A DNA stretch of 43,064 bases from Elsinoe ampelina (Eukaryota). A program made the translations under genes and the position numbers. The notes beneath the pieces are model-generated. The model was not told the DNA's origin. It searched no databases and was given only the letters and a program-made list of their open reading frames with translations. This document shows, piece after piece, positions 35,459 to 43,064 of the stretch; within the stretch, counting starts at the first letter, position 1; every line of letters starts with the position of its first letter. The DNA is taken from positions 2,674,728 through 2,717,791 of the forward strand of contig ML992502.1 in NCBI GenBank assembly GCA_010093995.1, given 5' to 3'.

Positions 35459-37517
35459 AGTATTTAGCTTACTAGAGACAGTAGTAGTAAGGGAAACACT
35501 ATAAGTAACTTACTCTATTAGAACACTATTATAAGCCTAAAGCTAAATAGAGCTAGCTAATGCTATAGAGTAGCCGAAGCTCTTTAGCTTATTAAGGACG
35601 TTATAATTAACTACAGCGCTAATAAGTGTACTAGTATTAATAAAAGCTTAAAGCGTAATAGTGTAAGAGTAGTTATAAGAGTTATAAATAGTAATAGGAG
35701 TTATAATAGCGAGGATATAGTAGCTAATAACGCTATTTAGTAACTGTATACCTCTAGATCTATCTTAAATTACTCTTATTCTACTAGAGGATAGAACTTG
35801 TCCTCTAGCTACTTATTTCTCTAGCTAGAGTAGCTAGTAGACTCGTAGTCTATTTCGAGGTTAACCTAAGGCTAAACTAGATCTAGTTCGTAGGCTAAAC
35901 TAGTATCGACCTAGTTACTTAATTTAGCTAAGCAATTCTAAAGCTACTATATCTCCTCTATAGCGCTAATACGTATAGGGCGTATAGTAGTATAAGTAGC
36001 CTTCTCTAAGGCGCTAGCTATACACTTAGTAGAGATATGTCTAGGCTTGCTATATATGTAATAGGTAAGTACTAGAGCTAGACGGAAAGGCTATAGAGTA
36101 CCTCTAGTAATAGAGTAGAAGGTAGGTAGAGCTATAGGCGTAGAGGTAGAATAAGATACGTAAGTAGGTGTAGTAGTAGCGTAGCTTATAGCTAGTATAG
36201 AATATAAAGCCTAAGTGCGCTTAGTAATAAGGTTATTCTATTAGATATTATAGTTAGTAGCGTAGGCCTTAGTAATAAAGGTAGTAAGGTTATTAGTGTC
36301 GTAGTTAACTAGAGTATTATATAGCTTATTAGATATCTTCTAATAGATCTAGTATAGCTACTCCTCTTTAGCAATTTTAGCGTAAAGAGTATACTTATTA
36401 AACTTGCTAATAAAGGAGTTAAATATACTATTACGCTAGAAGAGGTTAGCAAACTAAGTATATATAGTAGCTCTATAGTTAGGATCCTTAAAGCGCTAGG
36501 CTAGAAGAGTAAGAACCTCTTTAACGCTAATAATATTATTACTAGCTAAGTCTATAATAAGGATATAAGCTTCTCTAGAGAGGTATAAGTATAGATAGGT
36601 AAACTAGGTATCTCTTATAGAAAAACAATCTATATTAGTATATATCTTATTCCTTATCTAGTGCTTAAAGACCTTAAACTACTCTAGTATACCTATGCTA
36701 AAGATAGCTAGGTCTAGTATCTTTTCTAATAAGGTAGAGCTACATATAGAAAGGGCTAGTATACTATACTCTATCTTGTTTCTTAGTTAGTTTACCTTAG
36801 CCTTAAGCTTTTAGATTTTGTCTAGGTAGTAAGTAGCTTAAGTAGTAATACTATTAGTATAGAACTAAGATATGTCTAGTTTAGATTAGAGGTTACTAAG
36901 CTAGGCCTAAGTAGTATCTAACTTATAGTAATAGTAGAGAGTATTAGTATAAGCGCCTTTTACCTACGTAGTCTACTTATTATAGGAGGACTTAATATAG
37001 TTAAATATATCTCTTAGTACCTATATACTATGCTCTTCCTATAGCTTCTTAAGGAGTATAGCGTTAGAGAGAGTAAAAAGATTATAGTAAAGAGAGTAGA
37101 TAGAAGTGTTATTATTATTAGGAATAGGTTAAGGTAGCTTACTTTAGTAGCGCTCTTTGTTACTATAGTTAGATCGAGCTATACTTAGTATAGTTAGTTA
37201 TAAATATAATAGTAGAAAAAGTTAATACGTAATAAAGGAGGTATTTAAAAATTTAGCTAGTAGCCTACTTCCTTCTTAAGTTATCTATAACTTAACTTAT
37301 TACCTTCTTCTTATATTTATAGTTTATAGTATTAACTTATATAGTAGTAGCAAGGATCTATTATAGTATACGCGGGAACTATAGTTATAATAGCTTCTTC
37401 TTTAATTCTTTAATTCTTTATAAGTAGTAGTTATTAGTAGTTATATAAGTAGTAGAATAACTAGATAGTTTAATAGCTCTATTACTTAGTTATAGTTGTT
37501 TTAAAGTCTCGATATAG

Positions 37518-37679
37518 TAATTAGAACTAGTAAGATAAGAGGTTAATTACGTCTATTTATTAAGATATTAAGACTTAGAAGAGAAAGAAGAAAGCTAGTA
37601 TATAAAGCACGCGTAATATCGAGAGTAGAGTAGCTAGAAGCCTAGGTCGCGATGCCGAGATTACGTAACTAATCTAAAC
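37518..37679 (-). repeat. 5' LTR of Gypsy family 2, interrupted by the Copia insertion
   Basis: Matches 24448-24609, then switches abruptly to the Copia LTR. Confidence 0.8.
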
Positions 37680-40600
37680 TATTAACTTGTTTATAGGGAG
37701 AAAAGAGATTTATTACTACCTAATCTACTAAACTAAGGTAGATTATAACTATATAAATACTTAACCTAATAAACTAAGAGATAACTAAATTAATAGAACT
37801 CCTAAATAATAATAGATTAAGACAATAACTATCTAATTTAATTATAAATTAGTAGAGTAGTAGATAAGTGTTTAGTTCTACTAGGGGATAAACTAAATTA
37901 GGGTCCTTCTTAGTGCTCTAGCTTATACCTCAGTTAATACACCCCTTTACTAAATAGCTATAAGGCTATTATAGCTAGTTAGTAGACTACTAACTCAAGA
38001 AATAGCTATTATAAAAAGGCCTTATACCTTCTAGGTAGTAATAACTTAGTTAAACTATTAGCTAAGGTGTCTACTAATAGTGTCTATATTACTAAGATAG
38101 AGCTAGATAGATCTCTAGCTAGATTAATCTCTTGTCTTAGCTAGTAATAATAGATATTAACATAATAAAGGTGTATATTAAGCTTCTTAATTAGACTAGA
38201 GATAAGGCTAATTGTTTACTAATTGTTACACTAAATGCTAATATACTTAAGGGGATAGATAGAGGCTATTAGCCTCCTCTACTATATAGCTTACTTAGTA
38301 GTCTCTATAAGAGTAAGTAATTTAGCTTCTATACTTAAGGTTATAAGTATTAGCTACTTAGTAGCCTTCTAGTTAATTAAGCCTTAGAACATCTTAAATA
38401 GATAGCCTTAAAGGCTCTTCCTTAAAGGGTAACTACTAAAGCTAGTATCTAATAAGACTTAGAAGATTAGAGATAGTATTAAGCTATTAAAGGTAAGAGC
38501 TAGATCTTTAGTTTTATAGAGATACTAGATTACTCTATTTACTAGCCTCTAGTAAGTTAGTAATAGATTAGTTAAGTACTCTAACAATCTAGAAGTAGCA
38601 AAGGCAACATTAGGCCTTATAATAACAGCTATAAAGTTAATAGATCTAATCTTCTACTAGTATAGATAGATCTCTTATAGTAATACTTAGCCTTTATAAG
38701 GCTAGAGTATCTTAATTAGAAGTAGTGTTAATATTAGCCTTATTAGCTCTATAATAAACTTACTATATATCTACTTTATATACTAGGCTTAACTAAGCTA
38801 TAGCTTCTTAGTTACTCTATCCCTTATAACTTAGATAGCTAGAAACTAGCTTAGATCTCTAAGTACCTTTATCTTATATTTAGTATAGAGAGCTATAATA
38901 ATAGAATTAGCCTTCTCCTTATGCTTCTTAAGATATATAATAGTAATATTATCTATAAAGAAGAAGATTATTACTTTAGAGGTTAGCTAGAGGTAAGAAG
39001 CCTTAGAAGCCTAAGTAAAACTAATACTCTTTAGAGTAGTAGTAAATTTAGTATACTAGAGAGCTAGAGCTTATTTAAGACTATATAAGGCTTTATTAAG
39101 CAAGAGAATTATATCTAATAGAGTAATACTAGAATAGTCCTTTATAAGCTCCTCTATAACTAACTTAAATCTAGAAGGGATAGTATAGTAGATAGTCTTA
39201 TTAATAGAGCTATTAATATAGGTATTAACAATATCTATCTAGATAGCCTCTATATCTTTATAAGTAAGTAGAGCTATAAGCATTCTAAAGATCTTAGCTA
39301 CTAGAGTTACTATATAAGTCTCTAATTCTGTTAATTAGAGATTATCCCTTATATAGATTTTTACTTTATACTTTATAACCTCTCCTTTATTATTAACTTT
39401 ATAGGTAAATACCTATATTAAAGAGATAGGCTTACCTATTGCTTAAGTAGCTAGCATAATAGTCCATATATGTTTTAAGTATAAAGTAAGCAATTTAGCC
39501 TTTATAGCTTCTTAAAATTACTTTCTATAAGGGTAAGCTTTAAGCTCTTTAATATTAGCTAGTAGTAGAGGAAGATTATCCCTTAATTCTAGCTTAGGCT
39601 ATATTAGCTTTATTAATAGATAAGCATTAAAGGCTTAGTAATATCTAGGAGCCTTATTAGTTTATATAAGGGTAGTAATATATACTTGCCTCCTTAGCTT
39701 CCTTATTCTCCTTATAGTAAGGATATACTTAGAAAGAAGGTTAGCTAACCTAGTAGCAATTCTTTAAGAGAGTTACTTAGGTTAGGCTTTAACTACCCCT
39801 TTAGTTTAACCTTCCTCCTTATTCCCCTTAGCTTTAACTCCTCCTATTAGTAGAGGAGATAGCTATATTACTATTAATAGAGATAAGGCTAGAGTATTAA
39901 AGAACTAGTCTACTAAGGTACTATCCTTAATCTAAGCCGGGCTTAGATCTAGAGATAGTGGATTTAGTGCTAATTATACTAGTAAATAAGAATTATAAGG
40001 CTTATAAACTAGTAACTAAGATAGGCTTAGCTCTTAAGCTAGATTCTTAGCTAGAGTCTTAGTCTATATTAGAGGCTAAGATAGACTCTAAACTAGATTC
40101 TAAACTAGATATTAAACTAGACTCTAAACTAGATACTAAACTAGATTCTAAACTAGATTTAGTTTAGTTATTCCCTCTACTTTATATACCTCTTTAGATT
40201 TATTAACCTTCTATAGAAGCCTTAGTAGATTAAGTAATCTAATTAGTTTTAGTTAAGGTTATTCCTCTAGTTTATAGAACTAAGTTTTATTAAATCTAAT
40301 ATCTCTTATTCTAATAACCTTCTTAGAGAATAATATAAAGATCCTAAAGATGTTAGTTAAGTTATAGCTAACTAGATAGCTAATATAAGCCCTTAGTATA
40401 AGCTTATTACTACTTATAATAAGCTTATCTAAAGTATAAGCTTATTACTACTTATAATAAGCTTATCTAAAGTATAAGCTTTATATCTAAGTAGCCTAAG
40501 ATAAGTAACTAATAGAGAATATCTATAAACTAGCTTAAAGAGAGTCTTCTAGTCTAGCTTCTTAAGAGGTGTTCTATTAATTAGATAAGCTACTAATCTA

Positions 40601-43064
40601 TATAGTTTAGAGTGTAATTCCCTTAGTAGATTAGTAAAGATAGTAATTGCCCTTACTCTCCTTAATAGTATAGCTTCTATTCTTTCGTTATAACTATTCT
40701 AAGCTTAAGTGTAGGGAGTAGATAGCTTATAATAGATTTCTTTACTATCTAGGAAGATAGTAAATTTAAGGCTAAAGGCTTTCTTATTATTACTCTTAAG
40801 GAATTTAATTTTAAAGCTAAGATTACTTTTAATATAAATAATTATCTTAATATAGATTTTATTAATCTTATATCTATAAGTATAGGTAGTAATTAGTTAA
40901 TAGTTAGTAGTTCTATAAGTAAAGTAGCTTATATATCTTGCCTTATTATAGCTAGTAAATCTATTAATAATAATATTAAAAGTAGTTCTCTTAAATAGCT
41001 TTAATATAGCAAGTTTAGTGTTAGAGCTCCTTTATATAATCTACTAAGTATTTAATAGCTTATAAGTCTAATATAGAGACCTAAGATAAATTAGTTAAGC
41101 TAAACTAGGCTTAGTTAGAGTTAGTTTACTACTAACTATAGTAGTTAGAAGGTAATTAATAGACTCTAAGCTTAGATAGCCTATAACTTTATACTAAGAT
41201 TAATTAGTCCTTATAGTAACTATAGTAAATGCTAATAGTAGATAATTATTATTATCCCTTAATACTATAGTAGCAACATTAGGAACTTTAGAGTTATCCT
41301 TAAAGATATATTAGTTATACTTTAGTATAACTAAGAAGAGTGCTTTTCCTTTATAGCTAATCTCTATAGTTTAAGTATTCTAGTAGACTCTACTATTAAT
41401 AAACCTCCTAAGGCTAACTAGATTAGTTATAATTAATAGNNNNNNNNNNNNNNNNNNNNNNNNNNNNNNNNNNNNNNNNNNNNNNNNNNNNNNNNNNNNN
41501 NNNNNNNNNNNNNNNNNNNNNNNNNNNNNNNNNNNNNNNNNNNNNNNNNNNNNNNNNNNNNNNNNNNNNNNNNNNNNNNNNNNNNNNNNNNNNNNNNNNN
41601 NNNNNNNNNNNNNNNNNNNNNNNNNNNNNNNNNNNNNNNNNNNNNNNNNNNNNNNNNNNNNNNNNNNNNNNNNNNNNNNNNNNNNNNNNNNNNNNNNNNN
41701 NNNNNNNNNNNNNNNNNNNNNNNNNNNNNNNNNNNNNNNNNNNNNNNNNNNNNNNNNNNNNNNNNNNNNNNNNNNNATAAATACTAAGTATAATTCTATA
41801 GTTATAGCTATATTAATTAGCACTAGTAGAGTTAACCCCTTCTAATATTATACTTCTTTAGTAAGAATAGTATTAATTCTCTCCTTAAGCATCTTATTAT
41901 TTAGCCTTTATCTAATCTCCTTTATAGTCTACTAGTTTAGTATCTATCTATCTAGCCTTATATACTTATTTAAGTAATAGCACTTACTCTACTTATACCA
42001 GCCTTAATATATATACTTAGGCTCCCTAATAGAACTAGGTTTCTTATAAAGAATATTCTTAGTAGCTATAGAGAAGGCCATAGCTCCCTTACTAGTCTTT
42101 ATAGTATTATATAGCTTATAAAGCTTATAGAACTATCTAAATTTAATAATTAGTTTAAGTATAGTTAGTAGAGTTAGTAAATCTAGATTAATAAGGTACT
42201 TATTAGTAAATACTAGTTTAGTTTTAGAGATAGAGAGTAAAAAGTCTCTCTATAGCCTTAAGCCTTAAGCTTCTAGTAGATTATAATTCCTAGCCTTATC
42301 TATAATCTCTTTCTATTACTAAAGCTAATAGTCTATATTCTATAAGGAAGAACTAGATAGCTACTTCCTCTAGAGTGCTTTAACCTTAAGCTAAATAGCT
42401 ATATTAGATAGAGTAAATCTGTTCTTTAAAGCTTAAAGAATAGCCTATAGATAAGAATTCTCTTCTAGCTAAATAACAGTAAGAACTTATAGTGCAATTA
42501 ATAACTAAATAAGGCTAGCTAAATTAGCTAAGGCCTTATATTATTTATTATACTATGCTTGTTCCTTCTTATATATCTAGAAGAGTACTAAGAAGTTAAT
42601 ATTTACTACCTCTAGCCTCTAAGGCTTAAGGAGCCTCTCTAGCTTAATAGTCTTCTAGGGATTAATAAGGTTCTATATCTTAGTGTTTAAAGCTCTTATC
42701 TTAATAATATATAGCTAGCTAGCTTATTTAGCCGATATAGCAAGAATAATAGGTGTTCTAGCTATTAAGGTGTTAGTATCTATAGTTGTTTATCTCTTTA
42801 TTAACACTTAAATCCTATAGTTGTAATTAAGGCAGTTCTTAATAGATTCTAATACTTAAAAAGCAAGATAATAGAAGATTAACTAATAGATCAAGTAGGA
42901 AAGTAACTAAGTAATATACTTATATAGGGGTAGTTATACTAGGCTTATAACTATTAACTTGTTTATAGAGAGAAAAGAGATTTATTACTACCTAATCTAC
43001 TAAACTAAGGTAGATTATAACTATATAAATACTTAACCTAATAAACTAAGAGATAACTAAATTA
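37680..43064 (-). mobile_element. Ty1/Copia LTR retrotransposon (RIP-degenerate), runs off the window end
   Basis: LTR 37680-37939 is repeated from 42952. PPT AAGGGGTG and PBS-like GTTAT(G)AGCC on the minus strand. De-RIP motifs QMDIVNAYIN (~39210-39243), LNKALYGLKQAP (~39065-39100), FFFVDDI (~38945-38968) and RNase H LADGLTK (~38045-38065). Confidence 0.9.
41440..41776. other. Assembly gap
   Basis: Run of N inside the Copia element. Confidence 1.

Larger units (their letters stand above)
24448..37679 (-). mobile_element. Ty3/Gypsy chromovirus family 2 (RIP-degenerate), interrupted by Gypsy 1c and Copia
   Basis: LTR repeat at 24448-24647 and 37518-37679. Minus-strand de-RIP motifs: gag CYxCGKPGHISxEC (~36025-36065), FIDTGA (~35630), DIILGLGWL (~28390), FVRKPGGGLRFCVDYRGLN (~27590-27635), YLDDIL (~27295) and chromodomain YEVDDII..VSWKGY (~24810-24885). 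Confidence 0.9.
4330..43064. other. AT-rich RIP-mutated repeat block
   Basis: Strong TpA excess and CpA/TpG depletion. Differences between paralogous copies are almost all C>T or G>A. The ORF track finds no real ORFs here. Confidence 0.95.

Noticed and set aside
41380..41823. 147-aa ORF in the ORF track
   Set aside because: Artefact of translating through the N gap.
4330..43064. Centromere, organellar insertion, CRISPR array or giant (Starship-type) element
   Set aside because: The AT-richness is fully explained by RIP of identifiable TEs. There is no repeat-spacer array, organellar gene or tyrosine-recombinase captain, and centromere function cannot be judged from sequence.

Overview
Fungal (filamentous ascomycete, probably Dothideomycete-like) genomic window with two sharply different compartments. 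Bases 1-~4330 are GC-balanced. They hold two diverged copies of a ~155-nt structured element with Pol III-like promoter and terminator signals (candidate uncharacterised small RNA), an intron-containing ORC6 gene (+), and a convergent three-exon queuosine-salvage gene (QNG1/DUF2419, -). From 4267 to the end is an AT-rich, RIP-degenerated nest of transposons that can be resolved through LTRs, TIRs and target-site duplications. A ~3.4-kb Tc1/mariner (D,D34E) element inserted 84 bp upstream of QNG1 contains a second copy of itself, three copies of a ~7-kb chromoviral Gypsy (family 1), a second chromoviral Gypsy (family 2) and a Copia. Manual reversal of RIP suggests accessory genes: an antisense six-Cys/coiled-coil ORF in Gypsy family 1 and a ~640-codon convergent cargo ORF in the Tc1 element. 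All TE protein readings are manual de-RIP reconstructions, not database hits. Three assembly gaps are present.
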